Source: Nemertoderma westbladi (taxonomy: Eukaryota > Animalia > Xenacoelomorpha). From it: a stretch of 54,612 nt of DNA. This document shows, piece after piece, positions 12,318 through 26,000 of the stretch. The notes under the pieces were generated by a model that was not told the DNA's origin, ran no database searches, and was given only the letters and a program-made list of their open reading frames with translations. Within the stretch, counting starts at the first letter, position 1. Every line of letters starts with the position of its first letter. The DNA lies in NCBI GenBank assembly GCA_032718475.1, contig JAUCBJ010008932.1, positions 1 to 54,612 on the forward strand. Reading direction: 5' to 3'. The position numbers were made by a program, and so were the translations under genes.

Positions 12318-13110
12318 TGAGCACAGTGGCAGCAGATGATGGTATTGACAGATGGGAGGCCATGAGGACTACTAGGATCGGCATGTTGCATTGCAGCTGC
12401 ATTTTTAAGAATACTGTGCCGGCTTGTCGAGAAAATTGCGCCGCCACAACTCCCTATTACTCATGACAATTGCTAGACCATCCGCATCTTCAAGGCCAGT
12501 GTCCTTTAAGATGCGTCTCAAGAAAGTCATGGGCTGTCCACCATGCTTATTCACTACATGAGGCCGCCAAAGCACAAGATAATGCACTGGCTGGTCCTCA
12601 CGGCGAAAGCAATGTCCTGCAAAGCGGAGGCGACTTTGTTCTAGTGTGAAGCTTGGGGGAACCAATGAGACGCCTCCAATGTTATATAGCGTCTGGTTGG
12701 AGATGTGTGCATTGCACTTGACACAATGAACCCGGCGTATAGAGGAGTACTGGAACTCTCCTGCTCTAAATAATCGGACCTTAAGTTTCCGATTAATTCT
12801 CGGTGACTTCCAAATCCTGGAAAGCCTATTCAAGGCTGACCATGCCTTTCCCTTAAGTATTCGAAGGTCCTCACCTGACTTCCGGATCCATGATTCCAGG
12901 TAACATAAGTCGTCCACATGCTCAAGCACACCATAATTTGAGCTTATGCTCATCCGATCAGAGACTTGCTGAGGACTTTCAAAGTAAAGGAGGTAAATTG
13001 CGGACATACAAGGTATCAGATCAGGTATTATTTCCAGGTCTACCTTTTACATGAACCGCTAGCTGAATGGTTAGCTTCCAATGGTTAGGTCAAACTTCCA
13101 AGTTCCAACC
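12318..13110 (+). mobile_element. Second copy of the 7470-7704 SINE-like repeat, interrupted by an RTE insertion
   Basis: TGAGCACAGTGGCAGCAGATG..GGCCATGAGGA and AGGAGGTAAATTGCGG..CCGCTAGCTGAATGGTTAG are the reverse complement of about 7560-7704. Confidence 0.75.
12369..12987 (-). mobile_element. 5'-truncated RTE-type LINE with an internal deletion; AGGA target-site duplication
   Basis: Highly similar to 51937-52622; TAGTAG 3' tail; AGGA at 12365-12368 and 12988-12991. Confidence 0.9.
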
Positions 13111-13341
13111 CGGATAATAATTTTTATGGCATTTATTGAGAATATTAAAAGAAAAATAATTGAGCAAAATATAAATAAAACTGTTTTGTATATATCATAA
13201 TGTTTGACATCATTAAAATAATATGTATTAAATTGTCACAGGCCATTTTTATTCGAGGCCATATTTATGCGTAGCCTAATGTTAGAATATATTATGTTCG
13301 CAATTTAAAAGGAATAATTTACCATTTCATTGTAAACTTAT

Positions 13342-16300
13342 CCTTGATGCACTTAGTAAATGGTGTGACTCTAAAACATTACAGAAAGCCCTTGAAGCAC
13401 TTAGTGAATGGTGTGACTCTGAAACATTACAGAAAGCCCTTGACGCACTTAGTGAATGGTGTGACTCTGAAACATTACAGAAAGCCCTTGATGCACTTAG
13501 TGAATGGTGTGACTCTGAAACATTACAGAAAGCCCTTGATGCACTTAGTGAATGGTGTGACTCTGAAACATTACAGAAAGCCCTTGACGCACTTAGTGAA
13601 TGGTGTGACTCTGAAACATTCCTGAAAGCCCTTGATGCACTTAGTGAATGGTGTGACTCTAAAACATTACGGAAAGCCCTTGATGCACTTAGTGAATGGT
13701 GTGACTCTGAAACATTACGGAAAGCCCTTGACGCACTTAGTGAGTGGTGTGACTCTGAAACATTACAGAAAGCCCTTGATGCACTTAGTGAATGGTGTGA
13801 CTCTGAAACATTACAGAGAGCCCTTGACGCACTTAGTGAATGGTGTGACTCTGAAACATTACAGAAAGTCCTTGATGCACTTAGTGAATGGTGTGACTCT
13901 GAAACATTACAGAAAGCCCTTGATGCACTTAGTGAATGGTGTGACTCTGAAACATTACAGAAAGCCCTTGACACACTTAGTGAATGGTGTGACTCTGAAA
14001 CATTACAGAAAGCCCTTGATGCACTTAGTAAATGGTGTGACTCTGAAACATTACAGAAAGCCCTTGATGCACTTAGTGAATGGTGTGACTCTGAAACATT
14101 ACAGAAAGCCCTTGATGCACTTAGTGAATGGTGTGACTCTGAAACATTACGGAAAGCCCTTGATGCACTTAGTGAATGGTGTGACTCTGAAACATTACAG
14201 AAAGCCCTTGATGCACTAAGTGAATGGTGTGACTCTGAAACATTACAGAAAGCCCTTGATGCACTTAGTGAATGGTGTGACTCTGAAACATTACAAAAAG
14301 CCCTTGATGCACTTAGTGAATGGTGTGACTCTGAAACATTACAGAAAGCCCTTGATGGAGTTAGTGAATGGTATGACTCTGAAACATTACGGAAAGCCCT
14401 TGATGCACTTAGTGAATGGTGTGACTCTGAAACATTACAGAAAGCCCTTGATGCACTTAGTGAATGGTGTGACTCTGAAACATTACAAAAAGCCCTTGAT
14501 GCACTTAGTGAATGGTGTGACTCTGAAACATTACAGAAAGCCCTTGATGGAGTTAGTGAATGGTATGACTCTGAAACATTACGGAAAGCCCTTGATGCAC
14601 TTAGTGAATGGTGTGACTCTGAAACATTACAGAAAGCCCTTGATGCACTTAGTGAATGGTGTGACTCTGAAACATTACAGAAAGCCCTTGGCGCACTTAG
14701 TGAATGGTGTGACTCTGAAACATTACAGAAAGCCCTTGGCGCACTTAGTGAATGGTATGACTCTGAAACATTACAAAAAGCCCTTGATGCACTTAGTGAA
14801 TGGTGTGACTCTGAAACATTGCAGAAAGCCCTTGATGCACTTAGTGAATGGTGTGACTCTGAAACATTACGGAAAGCCCTTGATGCACTTAGTGAATGGT
14901 GTGACTCTGAAACATTACAGAAAGCCCTTGATGGAGTTAGTGAATGGTGTGACTCTGAAACATTACAGAAAGCCCTTGATGGAGTTAGTGAATGGTATGA
15001 CTCTGAAACATTACGGAAAGCCCTTGATGCACTTAGTGAATGGTGTGACTCTGAAACATTACAGAAAGCCCTTGATGCACTTAGTGAATGGTGTGACTCT
15101 GAAACATTCCAGAAAGCCCTTGATGGAGTTAGTGAATGGTGTGACTCTGAAACATTACGGAAAGCCCTTGATGCACTTAGTGAATGGTGTGACTCTGAAA
15201 CATTACAGAAAGCCCTTGATGGAGTTAGTGAATGGTATGACTCTGTAACATTACGGAAAGCCCTTGATGCACTTAGTGAATGGTGTGACTCTGAAACATT
15301 ACAGAAAGCCCTTGATGCACTTAGTGAATGGTGTGACTCTGAAACATTACAGAAAGCCCTTGATGGAGTTAGTGAATGGTATGACTCTGAAACATTACGG
15401 AAAGCCCTTGATGCACTTAGTGAATGGTGTGACTCTGAAACATTACAGAAAGCCCTTGATGCACTTAGTGAATGGTGTGACTCTGAAACATTACAGAAAG
15501 CCCTTGATGGAGTTAGTGAATGGTATGACTCTGAAACATTACGGAAAGCCCTTGATGCACTTAGTGAATGGTGTGACTCTGAAACATTACAGAAAGCCCT
15601 TGATGCACTTAGTGAATGGTGTGACTCTGAAACATTAGAGAAAGCCCTTGATGCACTTAGTGAGTGGTGTGACTCTGAAACATAACAGAAAGCCCTTGAT
15701 GCACTTAGTGAATGGTGTGACTCTGAAACATTACGGAAAGCCCTTGATGCACTTAGTGAATTGTGTGACTCTGAAACATTACGGAAAGCCCTTGATGGAG
15801 TTAGTGAATGGTGTGACTCTGAAACATTACAGAAAGCCCTTGATGGAGTTAGTGAATGGTGTGACTCTGAAACATTACGGAAAGCCCTTGACGCACTTAG
15901 TGAATGGTGTGACTCTGAAACATAACAGAAAGCCCTTGATGCACTTAGTGAATGGTGTGACTCTGAAACATTTCAGAAAGCCCTTGATGGGAGTTAGTGA
16001 ATGGTATGACTCTGAAACATTACGGAAAGCCCTTGATGGAGTTAGTGAATGGTGTGACTCTGAAACATTACAGAAAGCCCTTGATGGAGTTAGTGAATGG
16101 TGTGACTCTGAAACATTACAGAAAGCCCTTGATGCACTTAGTGAATGGTGTGACTCTGAAACATTACAGAAAGCCCTTGGCGCACTTAGTGAATGGTGTG
16201 ACTCTGAAACATTACAGAAAGCCCTTGATGGAGTTAGTGAATGGTATGACTCTGAAACATTACGGAAAGCCCTTGATGCACTTAGTGAATGGTGTGACTC

Positions 16301-19300
16301 TGAAACATTACAGAAAGCCCTTGGCGCACTTAGTGAATGGTGTGACTCTGAAACATTACAGAAAGCCCTTGATGGAGTTAGTGAATGGTATGACTCTGAA
16401 ACATTACGGAAAGCCCTTGATGCACTTAGTGAATGGTGTGACTCTGAAACATTACAGAAAGCCCTTGATGCACTTAGTGAATGGTGTGACTCTGAAACAT
16501 TACAGAAAGCCCTTGGCGCACTTAGTGAATGGTGTGACTCTGAAACATTACAGAAAGCCCTTGATGGAGTTAGTGAATGGTATGACTCTGAAACATTACG
16601 GAAAGCCCTTGATGCACTTAGTGAATGGTGTGACTCTGAAACATTACAGAAAGCCCTTGATGCACTTAGTGAATGGTGTGACTCTGAAACATTACAAAAA
16701 GCCCTTGATGCACTTAGTGAATGGTGTGACTCTGAAACATTACAGAAAGCCCTTGATGGAGTTAGTGAATGGTATGACTCTGAAACATTACGGAAAGCCC
16801 TTGATGCACTTAGTGAATGGTGTGACTCTGAAACATTACAGAAAGCCCTTGATGCACTTAGTGAATGGTGTGACTCTGAAACATTACAGAAAGCCCTTGG
16901 CGCACTTAGTGAATGGTGTGACTCTGAAACATTACAGAAAGCCCTTGGCGCACTTAGTGAATGGTATGACTCTGAAACATTACAAAAAGCCCTTGATGCA
17001 CTTAGTGAATGGTGTGACTCTGAAACATTGCAGAAAGCCCTTGATGCACTTAGTGAATGGTGTGACTCTGAAACATTACGGAAAGCCCTTGATGCACTTA
17101 GTGAATGGTGTGACTCTGAAACATTACAGAAAGCCCTTGATGCACTTAGTGAATGGTGTGACTCTGAAACATTACAGAAAGCCCTTGATGGAGTTAGTGA
17201 ATGGTATGACTCTGAAACATTACGGAAAGCCCTTGATGCACTTAGTGAATGGTGTGACTCTGAAACATTACAGAAAGCCCTTGATGCACTTAGTGAATGG
17301 TGTGACTCTGAAACATTCCAGAAAGCCCTTGATGGAGTTAGTGAATGGTGTGACTCTGAAACATTACGGAAAGCCCTTGATGCACTTAGTGAATGGTGTG
17401 ACTCTGAAACATTACAGAAAGCCCTTGATGGAGTTAGTGAATGGTATGACTCTGTAACATTACGGAAAGCCCTTGATGCACTTAGTGAATGGTGTGACTC
17501 TGAAACATTACAGAAAGCCCTTGATGCACTTAGTGAATGGTGTGACTCTGAAACATTACAGAAAGCCCTTGATGGAGTTAGTGAATGGTATGACTCTGAA
17601 ACATTACGGAAAGCCCTTGATGCACTTAGTGAATGGTGTGACTCTGAAACATTACAGAAAGCCCTTGATGCACTTAGTGAATGGTGTGACTCTGAAACAT
17701 TACAGAAAGCCCTTGATGGAGTTAGTGAATGGTATGACTCTGAAACATTACGGAAAGCCCTTGATGCACTTAGTGAATGGTGTGACTCTGAAACATTACA
17801 GAAAGCCCTTGATGCACTTAGTGAATGGTGTGACTCTGAAACATTAGAGAAAGCCCTTGATGCACTTAGTGAGTGGTGTGACTCTGAAACATAACAGAAA
17901 GCCCTTGATGCACTTAGTGAATGGTGTGACTCTGAAACATTACGGAAAGCCCTTGATGCACTTAGTGAATTGTGTGACTCTGAAACATTACGGAAAGCCC
18001 TTGATGGAGTTAGTGAATGGTGTGACTCTGAAACATTACAGAAAGCCCTTGATGGAGTTAGTGAATGGTGTGACTCTGAAACATTACGGAAAGCCCTTGA
18101 CGCACTTAGTGAATGGTGTGACTCTGAAACATAACAGAAAGCCCTTGATGCACTTAGTGAATGGTGTGACTCTGAAACATTTCAGAAAGCCCTTGATGGA
18201 GTTAGTGAATGGTATGACTCTGAAACATTACGGAAAGCCCTTGATGGAGTTAGTGAATGGTGTGACTCTGAAACATTACAGAAAGCCCTTGATGGAGTTA
18301 GTGAATGGTGTGACTCTGAAACATTACAGAAAGCCCTTGATGCACTTAGTGAATGGTGTGACTCTGAAACATTACAGAAAGCCCTTGGCGCACTTAGTGA
18401 ATGGTGTGACTCTGAAACATTACAGAAAGCCCTTGATGGAGTTAGTGAATGGTATGACTCTGAAACATTACGGAAAGCCCTTGATGCACTTAGTGAATGG
18501 TGTGACTCTGAAACATTACAGAAAGCCCTTGGCGCACTTAGTGAATGGTGTGACTCTGAAACATTACAGAAAGCCCTTGATGGAGTTAGTGAATGGTATG
18601 ACTCTGAAACATTACGGAAAGCCCTTGATGCACTTAGTGAATGGTGTGACTCTGAAACATTACAGAAAGCCCTTGATGCACTTAGTGAATGGTGTGACTC
18701 TGAAACATTACAGAAAGCCCTTGGCGCACTTAGTGAATGGTGTGACTCTGAAACATTACAGAAAGCCCTTGATGGAGTTAGTGAATGGTATGACTCTGAA
18801 ACATTACGGAAAGCCCTTGATGCACTTAGTGAATGGTGTGACTCTGAAACATTACAGAAAGCCCTTGATGCACTTAGTGAATGGTGTGACTCTGAAACAT
18901 TACAGAAAGCCCTTGGCACACTTAGTGAATGGTGTGACTCTGAAACATTACAGAAAGCCCTTGATGGAGTTAGTGAATGGTATGACTCTGAAACATTACG
19001 GAAAGCCCTTGATGCACTTAGTGAATGGTGTGACTCTGAAACATTACAGAAAGCCCTTGATGCACTTAGTGAATGGTGTGACTCTGAAACATTACAGAAA
19101 GCCCTTGGCACACTTAGTAAATGGTGTGACTCTGAAACATTACAGAGAGCCCTTGACGCACTTAGTGAATGGTGTGACTCTGAAACATTACAGAAAGCCC
19201 TTGATGCACTAAGTGAATGGTGTGACTCTGAAACATTACAGAAAGCCCTTGATGCACTTAGTGAATGGTGTGACTCTGAAACATTACAGAAAGCCCTTGA

Positions 19301-21108
19301 TGCACTTAGTGAATGGTGTGACTCTGAAACATTCCAGAAAGCCCTTGATGCACTTAGTGAATGGTGTGACTCTGAAACATTACAGAAAGCCCTTGGCGCA
19401 CTTAGTGAATGGTGTGACTCTGAAACATTACAGAAAGCCCTTGATGGAATTAGTGAATGGTATGACTCTGAAACATTACGGAAAGCCCTTGATGCACTTA
19501 GTGAATGGTGTGACTCTGAAACATTACAGAAAGCCCTTGATGCACTTAGTGAATGGTGTGACTCTGAAACATTCCAGAAAGCCCTTGATGGAGTTAGTGA
19601 ATGGTATGACTCTGAAACATTACGGAAAGCCCTTGATGCACTTAGTGAATGGTGTGACTCTGAAACATTACAGAAAGCCCTTGATGCATTTAGTGAATGG
19701 TGTGACTCTGAAACATTCCAGAAAGCCCTTGATGCACTTAGTGAATGTTGTGACTCTGAAACATTACAGAAAGCCCTTGATGCACTTAGTGAATGGTGTG
19801 ACTCTGAAACATTACAGAAAGCCCTTGATGCACTTAGTGAATGGTGTGACTCTGAAACATTACAGAAAGCCCTTGATGCACTTAGTGAATGGTGTGACTC
19901 TGAAATATTACAGAAAGCCCTTGATGCACTTAGTGAATGGTGTGACTCTGAAACATTACAGAAAGCCCTTGATGCACTTAGTGAATGGTGTGACTCTGAA
20001 ATATTACAGAAAGCCCTTGATGCACTTAGTGAATGGTGTGACTCTGAAACATTACAGAAAGCCCTTGACACACTTAGTGAATGGTGTGACTCTGAAACAT
20101 TACAGAAAGCCCTTGACACACTTAGTGAATGGTGTGACTCTGAAACATTACAGAAAGCCCTTGACACACTTAGTGAATGGTGTGACTCTGAAACATTACA
20201 GAAAGCCCTTGACACACTTAGTGAATGGTGTGACTCTGAAACATTACAGAAAGCCCTTGATGCACTTAGTGAATGGTGTGACTCTGAAACATTACAAAAA
20301 GCCCTTGACACACTTAGTGAATGGTGTGACTCTGAAACATTACAGAAAGCCCTTGATGCACTTAGTGAATGGTGTGACTCTGAAACATTACAGAAAGCCC
20401 TTGATGCACTTAGTGAATGGTGTGACTCTGAAATATTACAGAAAGCCCTTGATGCACTTAGTGAATGGTGTGACTCTGAAACATTACAGAAAGCCGTTGA
20501 TGGAGTTAGTGAATGGTATGACTCTGAAACATTACAGAAAGCCCTTGATGCACTTAGTGAATGGTGTGACTCTGAAACATTACAGAAAGCCCTTGATACA
20601 CTTAGTGAATGTTGTGACTCTGAAACATTACAGAAAGCCCTTGATGGAGTTAGTGAATGGTATGACTCTGAAACATTACGGAAAGCCCTTGACGCACTTA
20701 GTGAATGGTGTGACTCTGAAACATTACAGAAAGCCCTTGATGGAGTTAGTGAATGGTATGACTCTGAAACATTACGGAAAGCCCTTGATGCACTTAGTGA
20801 ATGGTGTGACTCTGAAACATTACAGAAAGCCCTTGATGGAGTTAGTGAATGGTATGACTCTGAAACATTACGGAAAGCCCTTGACGCACTTAGTGAATGG
20901 TGTGACTCTGAAACATTACAGAAAGCCCTTGATGCACTTAGTGAATGGTGTGACTCTGAAACATTACAGAAAGCCCTTGATGCACTTAGTGAATGGTGTG
21001 ACTCTGAAACATTACAGAAAGCCCTTGATGCACTTAGTAAATGGTGTGACTCTGAAACATTACAGAAAGCCCTTGACGCACTTAGTGAATGGTGTGACTC
21101 TGAAACAT
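13342..21108. repeat. 48-bp tandem array, about 162 copies, with a 46-mer higher-order duplication
   Basis: Unit CCTTGATGCACTTAGTGAATGGTGTGACTCTGAAACATTACAGAAAGC; rare variants recur 2209 bp apart. Confidence 0.98.
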
Positions 21109-22934
21109 AAACATGTAATTAAATTTACCCGGTTGGGGTGTAAAGATTAAAAAAAATATATATATAATTAATTATTAGTCAATCTATAAAACATTTGTAT
21201 TTCCTTTGTTTATTTTTACTAAATAACATTTAATGCGATATATAAAAAAATTATAATTAGCACGGCAAGCTATAATAAGGCTAAATGGCGAGGTATAAAA
21301 TTCACTTTTTAATTACCGGTAAATTTGTTTTTAATAAAATAATTACATAATCAGCGATAGTGTACCAGTGAAAGTGAAAGTAACCAGCAACTCAAAAAAA
21401 CGAGGTTTTATTAGGAATTCAAATATTACGTTAAGTTAATACGTCAGTGGGAAAGTGTTAAAATATTACGTATTTAATTTATATATTATGTTTTAATGCT
21501 CTCCATACGACCCTATTGGGGCTCGAACCCGGTTGATATTATTCGCTATGGGGAGCATTATCATATCGTAACATAATACTATAATATATTTATATAAATT
21601 ATGGAAAACTCGGGCGATTCGCGAGTTAATCATCAAATAAAATGATTGTGACAACGATACAAGGATAAGGGGAGGGATTTTAAGACGTTTTTCGCTCATT
21701 AGACTGTAATGATTGAATATGCCGTGATATAACAAAATGTCAATAATAATTTAGTACAGAAAAGTGTCATAGAAGTCGGGAAATATAGTTCCTGGGATCT
21801 GCCTAATTAACTGGTTTATGGTGTTTAGTGTTTAATGGTTTTTCCATCGCACCACCCAACTTGCCAACTAATTAGTGGCACATTCTCTGAATTTGGTACG
21901 TTTACAAACTTAAGTTCGATTAGGAACCGCATTGAACTGACTAAACTCTGTATTTATAGTTACAGACAGTTTCCAATCTAAAAGTATGTAGACCAACTGA
22001 AATTTATCAGTTATATTATAATTTATTACAAAAATTTATATTTATTGCAGGGACAACGTATCACTCTGCCGTATTTCACGTATCCAAATTTATTGCAATG
22101 AAATCAAGCCCAGGTTTATATTAAAAAATATATATATTCGCAACCAAAAAAAATAAAAATTTGCAATTATATATTTCAGAAATAATAATTATATGGTAAA
22201 AATTATACTAGAACGCCATAATAAGATCATTTTTCTTCCCTTTAAGTTTAAACCGTATTTAATATTCGCCTTCGTAAATTCCTGTTGAATTTGTATATCT
22301 CCCCGAGGTAGGGCCGACATTTTGTATGACACATTTTCTCGATGAGTAAAAAATCGCAAAAGCAAACAAAACAAACTACATTCCAATTTGTTCTAGACCT
22401 CATCTACTTCACAGATCGGAGATCACAGAGAGATCACAGATCAGTGTAAAAATTATACATTTCAAAATAAAAATATATTTTAACTACCGATAGCATATTT
22501 CTACGCAAACAGCGCACAAAAATAATGGCTAAATACAAAAAGATTTAAATACAAAATTATAAGTAGACGTACCTAATAACCTGGTTAATTATCAACTGTA
22601 CACACACGTTTATACAATAAAGTTCCAATAGTTGGAGGGTGAGACTGGCATAGCGATGTTTAAACCGGTCGTCCTGAGAAAGAAAGTCACACCAACGTGT
22701 TACTGGGACTTCATATTAACAAAATTAGAAACTGTAAGGCACGGCTCCAGTTGCGTAGTAACTATATACTGTGGAGTAACTACCTGTGTAGTTGCCTAGA
22801 AACCGCTATAACAATTACAGACATAATGTTAAACCTATAGAGCGTAACTAATGTTACTAAATAGATACGAACTCAGTAATATTATATTAATTAAGATAAG
22901 TATATTTTGTAAACTATAGTCGATGTAATCGCAT

Positions 22935-23036
22935 TCACTCAACACTAGTCTCCAATAAATGTCGATCTTGTTTGTCGATAACTTCTTTCAGTTTATTCTC
23001 TGTCATTGTCAATCGCTGTTCTAGAATAGCCACCGT
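22935..23036 (-). CDS. POC1: POC1 exon 9 (last coding exon)
   Basis: AG at 23038-23037; [33 protein letters not shown]. Confidence 0.92.
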   Translation of the reverse strand, partial: TVAILEQRLTMTENKLKEVIDKQDRHLLETSVE

Positions 23037-26000
23037 CTACAAGATAAACCAAAATAATATGATATTGAATTTAGTTGTAGAGAAACTCCAGAGCTCATTT
23101 AGCTACCACGTAAGGATGCAAGGCCGAGCGAGATGCGTTGTGCTAGTCCCTTTAAAGCATTCGTGCCGAAAAGAAAACTGCCCTTGACCTCATGCGGGGA
23201 TCCAACCCACGACCTCCGAGAGAGATGTGAATTCAAGTAAACCACTACCCCTAAGGTGGAACTTAAATACCGACTACAATAATAACTTATTCGATTTAAA
23301 TAAAGTAGGTAGTTAAATTTTAAGCCGGCACGAGTAGGATACTTCAACGAACGAGCAAAAGCGAGTGAGTGAAATAGGAAACGAGAGAATGGAAGTGGAA
23401 TACAGAACATATACTTTATTTAAATCGGATATTTCGTTTTATTTTAAAGTTTCGACCGGTAACAACCTATGTATCGTGAAATAATAAAATTGAAAAATTA
23501 TTTAAATTATGAAAAATAAAATAAAATATCAAAATGTCAGGTTGAGATAGTCAGGTTGTCAGGTCCATGTCAATACAAAGGGGAAAATCCACAAAATGGT
23601 AATTTTGAGAACCGAACAGCAATTCTTCTCCAACCGACCAACCTTTGTAAGTATATCCAGCTGAACAACCTTTGTAAGTATATCCAGCTGACTAACCTTT
23701 GTAAGTATATCCAGCTGACCAACCTTTGTAAGTATATCCAGGTGACCAACCTTTGTAAGTATATCCAGCTGACCAACCTTTGTAAGTATATCCAGCTGAC
23801 CAACCTTTGTAAGTTAAGTATATCCAACTGACCAACCTTTGTAAGTATATCCAGCTGACCAACCTTTGTAAGTATATTCAGCTGACCAACCTTTGTAAGT
23901 ATATCCAGCTGACCAACCTTTGTAAGTATATCCAGCTGACCAACCTTTGTAAGTATATCCAGCTGACCAACCTTTGTAAGTTAAGTATATCCAACTGACC
24001 AACCTTTGTAAGTATATCCAGCTGACCAACCTTTGTAAGTATATTCAGCTGACCAACCTTTGTAAGTATATCCAGCTGACCAACCTTTGTAAGTATATCC
24101 AGCTGACCAACCTAAGTATATCCAGCTGACCAACCTTTGTAAGTATATCCAGCTGACCAACCTTTGTAAGTATATCCAGCTGACCAACCTTTGTAAGTAT
24201 ATCCAGCTGACCAACCTTTGTAAGTATATCCAGCTGACTAACCTTTGTAAGTATATCCAGCTGACCAACCTTTGTAAGTATATCCAGCTGACCAACCTTT
24301 GTAAGTATATCCAGCTGACCAACCTTTGTAAGTTAAGTATATCCAACTGACCAACCTTTGTAAGTATATCCAGCTGACCAACCTTTGTAAGTATATTCAG
24401 CTGACCAACCTTTGTAAGTATATCCAGCTGACCAACCTTTGTAAGTATATCCAGCTGACCAACCTAAGTATATCCAGCTGACCAACCTTTGTAAGTATAT
24501 CCAGCTGACCAACCTTTGTAAGTATATCCAGCTGACCAACCTTTGTAAGTATATCCAGCTGACCAACCTTTGTAAGTATATCCAACTGACCAACCTTTGT
24601 AAGTATATCCAGCTGACTAACCTTTGCAAGTATATCCAGCTGACCAACCTTTGTAAGTATATTCAGCTGACCATCCTTTGTAAGTATATCCAGCTGACCA
24701 ACCTTTGTAAGTATATCCAGCTGACCAACCTTTGTAAGTATATCCAGCTGACCGACGACCTGCTCTAGCGTCTGTGCGAATTGGGAGGGCCCCCCGCTGC
24801 GCTGTTCTAAGGGCCGGGTTACTGGGTAGGAGTCCTCGTGACGTAACGGGGTCGCATCGCTACCGGGGTACATGGAAGGTCCGATGTCCATAATATCGGC
24901 GGCGGGACCTCCGGCGTTCATATCGAACGGGCGGGAATTCAAATTCACCTGAATAAACCGTAGAAGCACTAAATGTGATGTGATATACAACAATGTCGCA
25001 ACACAAACCCATATAAAGGGACATCAGACAAACATCTGAGGACAGACTCCAAGACCCACCTAGTTGGACAAACAGCTAGACCCACCAAGTGGGACGGACA
25101 CAAATAACCACCTAGTGGGACAGACACAAATAACCACCTAGTGGGACAGACACAAATAACAACCTAGTGGGACAGACATAAATAACCATCTACTGGGACA
25201 GACACAAATAACCATCTTGTGGGACAGACATAAATAACCACCTAGTGGGACAGACACAAATAACCACCTAGTGGGACAGACATAAATAACCACCTAGTGG
25301 GACAGACACAAATAACCACCTAGTGGGACAGACACAAATAACCACCAAATGGGACAGACATAAATAACCATCTACTGGGACAGATACAAATAACCATCTT
25401 GTGGAACAGACATAAATAACCACCTAGTGGGACAGACACAAATAACCACCTAATGGGGCAGACATAAATAACCACCTAGTGGGAAAGACACAAAGACCCA
25501 CCTAGTGGGACAGACACAAATAACCACCTAGTGGGACAGACACAAATAACCACCTAGTGGGACAGACATAAATAACCACCTAGTGGGACAGACACAAATA
25601 ACCACCTAGTGGGACAGACGCAAATAACAATCTAGTGGGACAGACACAAAGACCCATCTAGTGGGACAGACACAAATAACCACCTAGTGGGACAGACATA
25701 AATAACAATCTAGTGGGACAGACACAAATAACCACCTAGTGGGACAGACACAAATAGCCACCTAGTGGGACAGACATAAATAACCATAGTGGGACAAAAA
25801 ACAAAGACCCACCTAGTGGGACAGACATAAATAACAACCTAGTGGGACAGACACAAATAACCACCTAGTGGGACAGACATAAATAACCACCTAGTGGGAC
25901 AGACACAAAGACCCACCTAGTGGGACAGACACAAATAACCACCTAGTGGGACAGACATAAATAACCACCTAGTGGGAAAGACACAAAGACCCACCTAGTG

